In this document: in pieces, positions 55,325-64,000 of the stretch
Layout: every line of letters starts with the position of its first letter
How positions within the stretch are numbered: the first letter of the stretch is position 1
Virus record (IMG/VR): IMGVR_UViG_3300036855_000054
Span: 1 to 64,000 of that record
Direction: 5' to 3' (one strand)
DNA from: a virus
Lineage: Duplodnaviria > Caudoviricetes
Length of the DNA: 64,000 nt
Notes under the pieces: model-generated
What the model was told of the DNA's origin: nothing
Seen by the model: the letters and a program-made list of their open reading frames with translations, nothing else
The model's database searches: none
Program-made: the position numbers and the translations under genes

Positions 55325-55570
55325 TCACCGCTGGTCCTCGGGTTCCAGCTCGCGGTGCGTGGCATAGCACTGTGTGGCGCCGTTGTACGGGTCCGGCTCG
55401 TCGAAGGTGAGTTGCACCCCGGGTGCTCCGGGTATCAGGTCCACCCCGGTCACGGTGCCCGCGATGCGGATCGTGTGCCGCCGCTGCCTGCCGCTGCCCG
55501 GCACCTCACGCGGCCAGACGGCTCGGTCGCCTACGGTCCAGGTCACCGCTTCACCTTGGCTCAGCACCAT
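55325..55570 (-). CDS. SH3-like small protein
   Basis: WTVGDRAVW...GTVTGV...ELEP. Confidence 0.55.
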   Translation of the reverse strand: MVLSQGEAVTWTVGDRAVWPREVPGSGRQRRHTIRIAGTVTGVDLIPGAPGVQLTFDEPDPYNGATQCYATHRELEPEDQR

Positions 55571-55685
55571 CTCAGTTCCTCTCAGATGTCGTCGGTGTGC
55601 ACCAGGATCAGGGCGTGCTCGTCGGTGACGCCGTGGACAGTTGCAGCGGGGGTGACGGGGATGGCCGGAACAGCCCCCCCTGACG

Positions 55686-55742
55686 GCAAAGAAACCGCCG
55701 GGCCACGCGAGGGGGGGAGGCGCGGCCCGGCGGTCTCTTTGC
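55686..55742. terminator. Hairpin downstream of the recombinase gene
   Basis: GCAAAGAAACCGCCGGGCC/GGCCCGGCGGTCTCTTTGC. Confidence 0.7.
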
Positions 55743-55804
55743 AACCCAACCACTTCAGGAACCCGGGCGTCAGGGTAGACGATCAGACCGACAACGGCGC
55801 GGCA

Positions 55805-56890
55805 TTAGCCGTCGGTGGTGTCCGGGTCGAACGCCGCGGCGACACCATAGGCGGGACTGCGCTCTAGGTTGATGATGTGCACCCCGTAGCGGGCCGTCGT
55901 GGTGCCGTACTGATGCCCGACCGCGTGCTGGATCGACTCCGCCGCGTAGCCCTGGCGGCGAGCCTCGGTGATGAACGAGTGTCGCCCGACGTGCGGGTGC
56001 ACGCTATCCGGATCATCGACGCCGGCGAGCGCGGCGATGCGCTTGACCAGGGCGAGCACCTCGCGCCGGAGCATCGGCTTGCCGGTGGCGGTGGCGAACA
56101 GCGGGGTAATGGCCGCACTCGCATGACCTCGGCGGACTGGCAGGCGATTCAGGTCTGACCGGGACGCCAGGTAGGCGTCGATGCGGGAACACACCTGCGG
56201 AGGCAGGGCGAAGATGTGTTCCTTGTGGCCCTTGAGCTCAGACCGGAGCACGCGGCGGCCGTCCTGGACGTACATGTCGCCCACCATCGCGCCGCATACC
56301 TCGCTAACTCGCGGTCCAACCAGGAACAGCAGGGCGATCAATGCCGAGGACCGCGCGTGGACACCCTCAACCGGGTCGTTGTCTGCCGCGTGGATGAGTG
56401 CCCGCACTTCGGCTTTGGAGAGAGACCTGGTGGTAGACGGGTCGTTCGAGGCTTGGAGACCCTTCTTGCGGCGGTCGATCAGTGCGACCGGGTTGGATTC
56501 GGTATGGCCGTCGTGCATGGCCCAGACGTAGAAGCTGGATGCGGTCGCGACCATCTGAGCCCGGCTGCGCTTCGACAGCGGTTCGTCTGTCTCCGCGTCG
56601 CGACTCGCTTCGGCGGCGTCGATCCAGGCGAGTACGTGGAGGCGCTTGGCGTCGAACAGGTGCACCCCATTGCGGTGGCACCACGCCAACCATCCGAATC
56701 CCTGACGTACGGCTCGGTACCCGCGCCATTCCCCGGTAGTGACGCGATACGGCCAGCCGATGGCGTCCGCATAGGTCGTCCGGGAGTTGCCGCTGTACTC
56801 GGCGAGCCATTGACCGATGAGGTGGAGACCTTCCTGCCAGCGTTCGTCGTCGGGCGAGGGGACTGGCCGTGCGGGCAGCAATTCGGTCAT
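55805..56890 (-). CDS. Tyrosine recombinase (Xer/resolvase-like)
   Basis: GPRVSE (R), LKG (K), HPHVGRH (HxxR), GH, TTARY (Y); no obvious arm-binding domain. Confidence 0.9.
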   Translation of the reverse strand: MTELLPARPVPSPDDERWQEGLHLIGQWLAEYSGNSRTTYADAIGWPYRVTTGEWRGYRAVRQGFGWLAWCHRNGVHLFDAKRLHVLAWIDAAEASRDAETDEPLSKRSRAQMVATASSFYVWAMHDGHTESNPVALIDRRKKGLQASNDPSTTRSLSKAEVRALIHAADNDPVEGVHARSSALIALLFLVGPRVSEVCGAMVGDMYVQDGRRVLRSELKGHKEHIFALPPQVCSRIDAYLASRSDLNRLPVRRGHASAAITPLFATATGKPMLRREVLALVKRIAALAGVDDPDSVHPHVGRHSFITEARRQGYAAESIQHAVGHQYGTTTARYGVHIINLERSPAYGVAAAFDPDTTDG

Positions 56891-56931
56891 CCGTGACTAC
56901 CCTCCGGTCGGTTGTAACACTGTCACCATAC

Positions 56932-56959
56932 TACCATCATAAGCCAGGTTATGGGTGGA
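56932..56959. other. dif-like recombination site
   Basis: TACCATCATAA-GCCAGG-TTATGGGTGGA, 11-6-11 geometry, upstream of the recombinase gene. Confidence 0.65.
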
Positions 56960-57041
56960 CCTACACGCTCGGCGCCAAGATTTGGTCCGGCACCCGTCAC
57001 CCGTCACCCACGGCGCCCCTCGCGCGCGCACTCGCGCGGCC

Positions 57042-57761
57042 TCACAGGGTCACCGCCCTGCAGACCAGGCAGGTGTGACCCAGCTCCGTTGCCTCGTGGC
57101 ACCGGTCGATGCACGCCTCACAGAACCGGCCCCCTTGCTTGGGTGTGCCGCGGCGGCACCGTTCACACTCGGGCTCCTGGGATGGGGCCGGGGCGCAGCC
57201 CTCCATCTGGCCGGCGAGCACGTCCGCGGTGGCTGCGGCGACCTGGGTGGCGTTGACGGCTTCGGTCAGCGGGAACTCGGGGTGCGGGCTGGTCACTTTG
57301 TCACCGTTCTCGACTGGTGCGGTCTCCTGCAGGTAGAGGGCCGCCAGGGGGATGTGGGCGTGGTTGAGGAACTGATACAGGCTGTTGACCGCGCCGGCAG
57401 CGTCCTGCAGGCACACCACCGCGTAGGCCGCCTCGGCGCGCGCCGACTCCTGGTCGTCCCGGTTGTTGGCGTTCCGCAGGTTGGGGTTCACCCCCAGGCC
57501 CTCCACCAGGTAGGCCACCTGCCGCAGGGTCTGTTCCAGACCACCAACGGCGGCTTGGAGGTTGCCCACCAGGCTGGACACGTCAGCCGGGTGAGGCAGC
57601 GCGGTGGCGGCGCCCTGGCTGGTGGCGTAATTCAGGTAGCGCACCAGCTCGCTGATCGTGGCGGCGGCGGCGATGGTGTGCTCCGCGTCGTAGGGGCCGT
57701 GCAGGGGCCAGTGCTCGTGCACCAGTTCCTCGGGGTCGGGGTGGGAGTCATTGCGGTTCAT
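57042..57761 (-). CDS. Hypothetical protein
   Basis: ELVRYLNYAT helical domain plus C-terminal Cys/His finger. Confidence 0.7.
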   Translation of the reverse strand: MNRNDSHPDPEELVHEHWPLHGPYDAEHTIAAAATISELVRYLNYATSQGAATALPHPADVSSLVGNLQAAVGGLEQTLRQVAYLVEGLGVNPNLRNANNRDDQESARAEAAYAVVCLQDAAGAVNSLYQFLNHAHIPLAALYLQETAPVENGDKVTSPHPEFPLTEAVNATQVAAATADVLAGQMEGCAPAPSQEPECERCRRGTPKQGGRFCEACIDRCHEATELGHTCLVCRAVTL

Positions 57762-57804
57762 GGTTGGTCTCCGTCGTGGGTGGGGACGTACATCCGATCC
57801 ACTG

Positions 57805-58083
57805 TCAGGTCCAGCCAGCGCCGCTGGTAATGAGGTCCCAGCATTCCCCGCAGTACTCGCCCGGCATGTAGTGAAGTTCCTTGCATGCCGGGCAGACCTT
57901 CGGGTGTCGCCACCGATCCAGGCTTGCGTTCACCCGCGCCCTAATGCGGCCAATGGCAGCCGAAACCGCTGCGCTCACCGCCGGGAACGATGCTGCTGCC
58001 ACGCCGATCGCCATGTGCGGGATGGTCTCGCGCCCGAAGGGGTTCCGGATGGGTCGGCTCTCGCGGGCTTGGTCCTCAGTCAT
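57805..58083 (-). CDS. Hypothetical Zn-finger protein
   Basis: CPAC...YCGEC. Confidence 0.5.
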   Translation of the reverse strand: MTEDQARESRPIRNPFGRETIPHMAIGVAAASFPAVSAAVSAAIGRIRARVNASLDRWRHPKVCPACKELHYMPGEYCGECWDLITSGAGWT

Positions 58084-58191
58084 GGCGGTCGGGGTCCTTT
58101 TTTATCTCGCAGCGGTGGGGACTCTTGATCCTGTCGCGTGTTTCGCCAGTTCAAATGTGCTTACTACGGTACCACGGTGTACGATTCTGGC

Positions 58192-58461
58192 GTGACTGAA
58201 CCACCGCGCAACCTCGACCAACTACGGGCCATGCCGCCAGGGCGGGATCGGATCAAGGCCGCCAACGCCTATATCGAGCAGCGCGAGGAAGCCATCGCCG
58301 AGGCTCAGCGCATCCGCGACGGGGACGTTCAGGCCTTGGACGCTGCCATCGGAGCCACCAAGACGGCACGGGATCTCGGCTGTAGCCGCTCCACCGTGCT
58401 GCTCATCCGTGGCCGGGATACCTCCGGCAAGAAGCCGCGCAAGAAGCGGCAGCGCTGGTGA
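58192..58461 (+). CDS. Small HTH regulator, leaderless
   Basis: TACGAT 6 nt before GTG; GATKTARDLGCSRSTV. Confidence 0.7.
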   Translation: MTEPPRNLDQLRAMPPGRDRIKAANAYIEQREEAIAEAQRIRDGDVQALDAAIGATKTARDLGCSRSTVLLIRGRDTSGKKPRKKRQRW

Positions 58462-58566
58462 GCACCGTCATCCCGGCATCGAGGGCCGGGCGCGCGTACA
58501 TCGACGGATCACCGGTCTCAGCGTGACCACCATCAAGCTGATCAAAGCCCGAACGGAGGGCGAGTC

Positions 58567-58863
58567 ATGAACGGGAACGGCTACGGCCCAATTGAGTACC
58601 GCATCACCTTCTGCGGCAGGTACCCGCGCGAGCAGCACCCTTCGTTCCCCGCCGCTGACCATGACGGATGGCTAGTGGTGCTCGCCTGGGCCTACCAGGA
58701 GGCACAGCAGACCGCCAACCGGGTATTGGGTTCTGAGTGGTGCAACATCTACGCCCCGCACTACGCCTCCTACCAGGCGATGGCCCAGTACTACCCGAAG
58801 GGCGAACTCGGCTTCCTTGACTCCACCGTCCCGCCGAGTCGACAGGAGGTGACCCGGCGGTGA
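58567..58863 (+). CDS. Hypothetical protein
   Basis: ITFCG.Y..E.HP...HDGW...G..W..IY; GGAGG RBS. Confidence 0.6.
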   Translation: MNGNGYGPIEYRITFCGRYPREQHPSFPAADHDGWLVVLAWAYQEAQQTANRVLGSEWCNIYAPHYASYQAMAQYYPKGELGFLDSTVPPSRQEVTRR

Positions 58864-58995
58864 GCACCGTCATCCCCGGTAGACCACGGCGCCCGGACTC
58901 CCCTGCCATGGTGTTGCTGTAGTTCCGTCACCGTGACACAAAGTTCGGCGGCCCGCTGCTGGTGCTAGCGGGCCGCCGAAGTCGCCTCACCGTCG

Positions 58996-60039
58996 TTACG
59001 CGCCGGGATGTGCAAGTCTCCGTGACGCCTCGTCGTACGCGGCGCCGCGGCCCTCGGCGAGCACGAACTCGGCGGTGTTGCCGGAGTTGATGTCCGTCTG
59101 GTCCTCGGTGGTCTCCCACCCGGCCCGGCCGAACACCCAGTCACCGAACGAGCCGAGTGCCTGCGTGGCTTCCCGCTGCCGGGTGGCCAGGGACAACGGA
59201 TAGGCAGTGCCGGGCAGCGCGGCGATACGGTGCGGATCGGTGACGATCTCCACCCGGCCGGTGTGCCCGTCGTACAGGGCCACCCCGGCGAAACGTTCGG
59301 TGACCACCATCCAGCCCACCTGCCGCGTCATCGGCACTACCACCACGGGGCGCGATCCGTCGCAGTAGGCGTAGGCGTCGGCCGGGTCGAACCGCCACCA
59401 GCGCTGCTCGTGCGCGATCTGCCGGCCTAGGTTGTGGGAGAACCAGCCGCCGATCCGGGCGTCGGCTGCCTGGTCGAATTGGCAGGTCGTGGCGCTGCCC
59501 CGGCCGGTCAGCGGGATCGACTGGGCCAGCAGCACCTGGTAGCCGGCGAAGATGCCCCTGCGGGTGACCAGGCTCATGTACTGGTCACCCTGCGGGATGT
59601 AGCTGGTGGTGGCGATGTCGCCGGGGTAGTCACCGAGGTTCGGCCGGGCCTGGGCTTCCGCGACCTGGTACGGGGCGCGTTTGCCCAGTTCGCCGAGCGG
59701 TGCACTGGTCACCGAGATGGACGGCGTGTACTGCTTGGCCTGCAGGTAGCCGTGGTAGCCGATGGACCACCAGCCCAGTGCGATCAGGCCGACGATGCCC
59801 ACCAGCCACGCCGCAGCCCACGCCGGGAGAGGGTTGCCATCCCGCTCCTCCCGCCAGGCGCCGAGCACCGCCAGTACGCCCACGACGACGAGCAGGGCTA
59901 CGAGCGGGACCAGCACGAACAGGCTCGACCGCAACGACCACCACAGGATCGTCGGGTAGTAGTCGCCGACGCCGAAGAACAGCGCGATCGGCGAGACGAT
60001 GGCCGCGGCGACCGCTGCGGGGATGGCGAACGTTCTCAT
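58996..60039 (-). CDS. Membrane-anchored extracytoplasmic protein, probably C-terminally truncated
   Basis: Three TM helices plus a large domain; abrupt low-quality end. Confidence 0.6.
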   Translation of the reverse strand: MRTFAIPAAVAAAIVSPIALFFGVGDYYPTILWWSLRSSLFVLVPLVALLVVVGVLAVLGAWREERDGNPLPAWAAAWLVGIVGLIALGWWSIGYHGYLQAKQYTPSISVTSAPLGELGKRAPYQVAEAQARPNLGDYPGDIATTSYIPQGDQYMSLVTRRGIFAGYQVLLAQSIPLTGRGSATTCQFDQAADARIGGWFSHNLGRQIAHEQRWWRFDPADAYAYCDGSRPVVVVPMTRQVGWMVVTERFAGVALYDGHTGRVEIVTDPHRIAALPGTAYPLSLATRQREATQALGSFGDWVFGRAGWETTEDQTDINSGNTAEFVLAEGRGAAYDEASRRLAHPGA

Positions 60040-60101
60040 TGGTCCCTTCCGGGGGGTAGTGGTCATACGGTCACCAGCGCAGTGTCCGCGAGTGGAGGCG
60101 C

Positions 60102-60896
60102 TCACGAGGCTGCTCCGTCCAGCAGGCCGGGAAGGGTGCACCGGTCATTCGCAAAGCGGATCGCGGCCTGCTCGCAGGCCGCCTCATCGCCCTCGATGAG
60201 TACCGCGCGGCGGCCGATTGACTTCGCTGCCACCCCGGTTGTTCCTGATCCCGCAAAGCAGTCGAGGACGAGCCCGCCTACTGGAGTGCATTCGCGCACC
60301 AGTGGGATGATGGTGACGAGGGGCTTCTCCGAGGGGCGCCCGCGGTACGGCGGCTTCGATTCAACGATGTAAGTCACCGACCTGGGGTGGCGAGTCCCGT
60401 CGTCAGTCCAGGCGCGCTCCCGCGCGCCTCCCGTGTGGTGGCTCGTGCCGAGCGATTTGCTCTTGACGCCGTTGTTTGGGCCGTCATGGGGGACCCGCTC
60501 CCACTCGTGGTGCAGAGCGCCCCAGTTGCCGCGATAGAACTGGTATGCCCACTCGTGGACCTTCGCTAGCCGATCCCGGGAGGCGGGGCCGGAGCCCTTG
60601 GTCTTCACCCACAGCTGCTCCTGGGCGAACTTCCAGGCCGCAAAGTCGTCGCGACGGTCCCAGAACATGCGCGCCGAACCGAAGCACCACAGGGTGGCCG
60701 AAGCCGGGAGTGCCGCACCGACGGCATCTACCCAACCGTCCGGCCAGCGGTCCCACGTTGCGGAAGTTTCGCCGTAGGGCGGGTCCACCACGGCTGCGTC
60801 GGGACGGGCACCGTCAGTGGTGAGTACCGGCAGCACCGCGCGGCAATCCCCGTGATACAGCGTCACGTACTCGTCGGAGTAGTAGGGCGCGCTCAT
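60102..60896 (-). CDS. DNA N4/N6 methyltransferase (beta class)
   Basis: [24 protein letters not shown]. Confidence 0.9.
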   Translation of the reverse strand: MSAPYYSDEYVTLYHGDCRAVLPVLTTDGARPDAAVVDPPYGETSATWDRWPDGWVDAVGAALPASATLWCFGSARMFWDRRDDFAAWKFAQEQLWVKTKGSGPASRDRLAKVHEWAYQFYRGNWGALHHEWERVPHDGPNNGVKSKSLGTSHHTGGARERAWTDDGTRHPRSVTYIVESKPPYRGRPSEKPLVTIIPLVRECTPVGGLVLDCFAGSGTTGVAAKSIGRRAVLIEGDEAACEQAAIRFANDRCTLPGLLDGAAS

Positions 60897-61129
60897 TCGG
60901 CACCGCCCCTGGTGCGCGTGTGCCCCGGGCAGTAGTCCTGCTGCTTGCCCTCGTGGCCCATGGCCTTGAGGCGCTTAGCCATCGCCATCGCGTAACAGCC
61001 GCCGGTGTCGTCTCCCTCGAACCTGGGGAGGCCGCAGCCGGGCGAGACCTTGTCGCATCCCGAGGTCGGATTCCAGGTCATGCCGGGCGACCCGTCGTCG
61101 CCTCGGGTCCATTCGATCGTCGTGGTCAT
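60893..61129 (-). pseudogene. DUF5131 (gp37/gp68-like) N-terminal fragment
   Basis: TIEWT...[15 protein letters not shown]...CYA...AKRL, then an unrelated tail. Confidence 0.8.
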
Positions 61130-61181
61130 CGTCGTGGGTCCTTTTGCGGTAGGGGGTATCAGCGGGTGGGGTTGCCCGCTC

Positions 61182-61412
61182 TTACTTGCTGGAGTTCCGT
61201 CGCTTCCGGTGGCCGGCGCCGCCGCGCCCGCGGAACGTCGTACCGGCCTCGACGAGCAGCTTGTGCACGGACCCGTACGAGCGGCCCGTCGCCTCGGCCA
61301 GCTCTTTCACGGTGGCGCCCCGCTCATAGGCCGCCTTGAACTGCTCGCGGATCTCTATCCGCTGGTCGCCCCGCAGGTTCGTCTTGGGGGGGATCCGGTC
61401 GATCTCGGTCAC
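61182..61412 (-). CDS. Small HTH protein
   Basis: [28 protein letters not shown]. Confidence 0.8.
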   Translation of the reverse strand: MTEIDRIPPKTNLRGDQRIEIREQFKAAYERGATVKELAEATGRSYGSVHKLLVEAGTTFRGRGGAGHRKRRNSSK

Positions 61413-61612
61413 TTCTCGGTCGTCTGCTCTCTTGTCGTGGTGGTGTGGACTTCGGCGGGGGCGATGACGGCGGCGCAGCGGCACGGCTCCGGTCCGGGCT
61501 GGTGGCACACGGCGCACTTCGGGCCGGCGTGCAGCGCGGCGACGGCTTCCCGCGCCTGCTCGTAGATCGGCAGGAACACTTGACCAGCGGCGGCAGGGGT
61601 CATGACCACCAC
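61409..61612 (-). CDS. Hypothetical protein
   Basis: CAVC; coupled. Confidence 0.45.
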   Translation of the reverse strand: MVVMTPAAAGQVFLPIYEQAREAVAALHAGPKCAVCHQPGPEPCRCAAVIAPAEVHTTTTREQTTEK

Positions 61613-61618
61613 TCCCCC

Positions 61619-62434
61619 TCAGCCCTGATCGGCGGTGTCGGCCAGCAGGGCGTCAGCGTCCTGCGTCGGGCGCTCCGGAAGGTCGGGGGTGAACACCCGC
61701 ACCAGCGGCCCGTTCTGCTGCCCTGTCTTCTCGTCCAGCCGGTACGGCATCAGCACACCCCGGTACGCCGACCCCACCTCGATGACCACGGCCCGGGTCT
61801 GGTGGTGCCGGTACATGGCCACGAGCATCTTGCGACGCTTCCCGACCTGCACGAACGCCCACAACCGGGTCGGCTCGAACCCCGTGCCGTAGGAGGGTGC
61901 GACCGCACGGCCGTCGTCGTCGGTGACCGTCTTCGCGGTGTCCGGGGTCATCAGGTCGGCGAAGCGGGGGAACTCCTCGTAGGCGTAGGCCACCGAGAAC
62001 GACACGCTGAACCCGTCGGGGACCTGCTTGGGGTCCTCGGCGACGGTGAGCGTGTCCCCTTCCAAGGTGAGCACCACGTGGTGGGTGGTCTCCTTGCCCA
62101 GCGAGTGCACCAGCGGCTTGAACGCGGCGATCACGGCTTTCGCATCGGTCAGGGACACCACCACGGGCTTGTGCAGCTGGCCTTCGCAGTGCTCATGGGC
62201 CTGACCGAGGGCGTAGCGGTCGGTGGAGGTGGCGATCAGCAGATCGGAGGTGATGACGTCGATCAGCGCCGTGGACCGGTCGTCCGGGTCGGTCTCCTGC
62301 ACGGTCCACTCGCCCCGGTCGGAGTGCAGCAGCACCGCGCACAAGGCGGGCAGTTCCGGATCGTCCGACGCGGTGAGCGTGGCGTCAGCCAGCAGGCCGA
62401 CGAAGTTGCGGGTAGGGATCGTTGCAGTGCTCAT
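61619..62434 (-). CDS. DNA polymerase III beta-clamp-like protein
   Basis: DPELPAL.AV.L, ATSTDRY, EFP.F..L, GVLMP. Confidence 0.7.
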   Translation of the reverse strand: MSTATIPTRNFVGLLADATLTASDDPELPALCAVLLHSDRGEWTVQETDPDDRSTALIDVITSDLLIATSTDRYALGQAHEHCEGQLHKPVVVSLTDAKAVIAAFKPLVHSLGKETTHHVVLTLEGDTLTVAEDPKQVPDGFSVSFSVAYAYEEFPRFADLMTPDTAKTVTDDDGRAVAPSYGTGFEPTRLWAFVQVGKRRKMLVAMYRHHQTRAVVIEVGSAYRGVLMPYRLDEKTGQQNGPLVRVFTPDLPERPTQDADALLADTADQG

Positions 62435-62664
62435 GCGGTGGGGCCTTCTCTCTGCGGCAGGGAAAACGCGGGATGGGATCGGCGGCGCCAGCTGTGCCCG
62501 ACGTGCCAGTTGCCGCTGAGCGCGGCGCACCGGTACACGTCGAGTCCTTTGCGCTGACTGCCGGGATGGAAACGGCGGATGGCCTGCCGGGCGGTTTTAC
62601 GGTCCGGGTAGGCGTACTTGTCGCAGGTGGCGCAGTAGAGGCGCGCCGCAAGTGGGTTGCTCAC
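62431..62664 (-). CDS. Hypothetical Zn-binding protein
   Basis: C..CDK.AY.DRK.AR...VYRC....NWHVGH. Confidence 0.6.
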   Translation of the reverse strand: MSNPLAARLYCATCDKYAYPDRKTARQAIRRFHPGSQRKGLDVYRCAALSGNWHVGHSWRRRSHPAFSLPQREGPTA

Positions 62665-62749
62665 GCAGCAGCCACCACGGGTGGGATCTCCTGGACAGCC
62701 CGCACCGTCTCGCCGTAGGTCTTCAGCGGCAGTTCTTCAGTGGCAGGAC

Positions 62750-63199
62750 TCATGACGCCTCCCAGAGGGTTCGGGGAATTCCATCGACCCCGCGGTCCTC
62801 GCGGGGTCGACTAGGGGTGTCCCACCCGCGACGTGGCGGGCGTTGCGCGACGACGCGCCACCCGGCGGCACGCAGGGATGCGCCGCTCTCGCCAGCCTGG
62901 GTGTAGGTGATCAACCGCCGGTAGCCGAGGGCTTTCGCTGCACGCCAGCACGCGGCGTAGAGCATCGAGTTGGCATGCTCGGTGCCATCAGTGGCGGTTC
63001 GGTTGACTTCAAGTGTTTGCCCGTCGGCCCACTCGCGGGCCACGGGGTAGCCGCACATGGCTACCCCGACCAGCTCGTCAGCGTCGTTTGCTACCCCGAC
63101 GTTGAACACCGAGCCCGGCGGTGGGCGGTGGTGCCGATGGTGCAGCGTCACAAACCCGCGGGCCGTGGCGCGGGTGACGGGAACCAGGCGCAGGCTCAT
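62750..63199 (-). CDS. XF1762 family protein (GNAT/Mom-like)
   Basis: HHRHH.PP.G, TLEVNR..TDG...A.SMLY, LITYT...ESGASLRAAGW. Confidence 0.82.
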   Translation of the reverse strand: MSLRLVPVTRATARGFVTLHHRHHRPPPGSVFNVGVANDADELVGVAMCGYPVAREWADGQTLEVNRTATDGTEHANSMLYAACWRAAKALGYRRLITYTQAGESGASLRAAGWRVVAQRPPRRGWDTPSRPREDRGVDGIPRTLWEAS

Positions 63200-64000
63200 G
63201 ACGCGACCCCGCTGAGGTCGTCGAACAGATGCGGCTGGTCACCGAGCGGGCGGTTGGACCACAACACCTCGGTCCGGTTGGCCCACGTGCCGCCCTGGCC
63301 CGTGGAGGCGGCCATGTCGAGGCGGTGCCACCCGGCGTACAACTCGTCGTAGAGCGGGGATGGGTAGCCGGAGAGGACGACAGAGGCGTCGCAGGCGACG
63401 AGCGCTGCCGCGAGTTCGCGGTGCTCGTCGTCGCTGCGCATCTCGTGGCGGTAGCCGCCGGAGACGCGGGTGCTGCCGACGTAGGGCGGGTCGATGTACA
63501 GGCAGACGTCGTCGTGGTCGCCGAAGCAGCGGATCAACTCCAGCGCGGGGCGGCACTCCAGGCTGACGTGCGCCAGCCGGGCCACTGCGGGACCCATCCG
63601 GGAGACGTAGCCAGCGAGGTAACCGGGCATCCCGAACGACGACCCGGCCGAGCCCTCGTAGTGACGCCAACCCGTGGGGCGCAGCTGACCACCGCGGCCC
63701 TGCGTGAGACACACCCACACCCGCCGCGCCCGTTCCAGGTCCGACACCGGAGAGCGGTCGGGAATCGCGGCCGCGATCCACTCCTGCGCCAGCCCCTGCT
63801 CGGCGCGGGAGTGCGGCGTCAGCGCGCAGACCCGCTGGAGTTCGTCAGACTGGTCGCGGAGCACCTTCCAGAAGGTTTGGAGGTCGGCGTCCAAGTCGTT
63901 GACCGTCTCCATGCGGCTCGGCTGCTTGGCCAGCAGCACCGCCAGCGAGCCACCGAACGGCTCCACGTAGTGGTTGTGCTCCGGCAGGAGGTGGCCGATC
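63196..64000 (-). CDS. Dam-like (D12 class) adenine methyltransferase; 5' end outside the window
   Basis: YVEPFGGS, ETVNDLD, YIDPPY, LSGY, TEVLWSN. Confidence 0.9.
   Translation of the reverse strand, partial: IGHLLPEHNHYVEPFGGSLAVLLAKQPSRMETVNDLDADLQTFWKVLRDQSDELQRVCALTPHSRAEQGLAQEWIAAAIPDRSPVSDLERARRVWVCLTQGRGGQLRPTGWRHYEGSAGSSFGMPGYLAGYVSRMGPAVARLAHVSLECRPALELIRCFGDHDDVCLYIDPPYVGSTRVSGGYRHEMRSDDEHRELAAALVACDASVVLSGYPSPLYDELYAGWHRLDMAASTGQGGTWANRTEVLWSNRPLGDQPHLFDDLSGVAS

Larger units (their letters stand above)
1..64000. mobile_element. Actinobacterial temperate siphophage, probably a phage-plasmid (partial)
   Basis: Full virion operon plus ParA/RHH, initiators and resolvase; no intact host housekeeping genes. 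Confidence 0.85.

Noticed and set aside
1-64000. CRISPR array, tRNA or rRNA genes
   Set aside because: No repeat-spacer array, cloverleaf or rRNA-like sequence was recognised by eye; a tRNAscan/Infernal run would be needed to exclude them fully

Overview
The whole window is part of a high-GC actinobacterial temperate siphophage that looks like a phage-plasmid. It carries a type Ib ParA plus ribbon-helix-helix partition pair preceded by an 8-bp-periodic centromere-like array, HTH replication initiators with internal iterons, and a stand-alone tyrosine recombinase with a dif-like site directly upstream. A complete minus-strand morphogenesis/lysis operon runs from about 51 kb down to 15.7 kb: terminases, portal-MuF fusion, protease/scaffold, capsid, adaptor, tail tube, frameshifted chaperone, tape measure, tail proteins, GH25 endolysin and holin. 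Accessory cargo includes an HTH-sensor/PP2C switch, a captured ychF 3' end with a DUF433/truncated-PIN TA module, LPD29, a spread-like membrane protein next to a motif-rich cis region, a GT-C glycosyltransferase, an Acb2/Tad1-like sponge, a NUMOD3-repeat basic protein, a chaplin-like peptide, several leaderless morons, two DNA methyltransferases with XF1762, and many gene remnants. All family assignments come from motif recognition by eye; no database searches were run.
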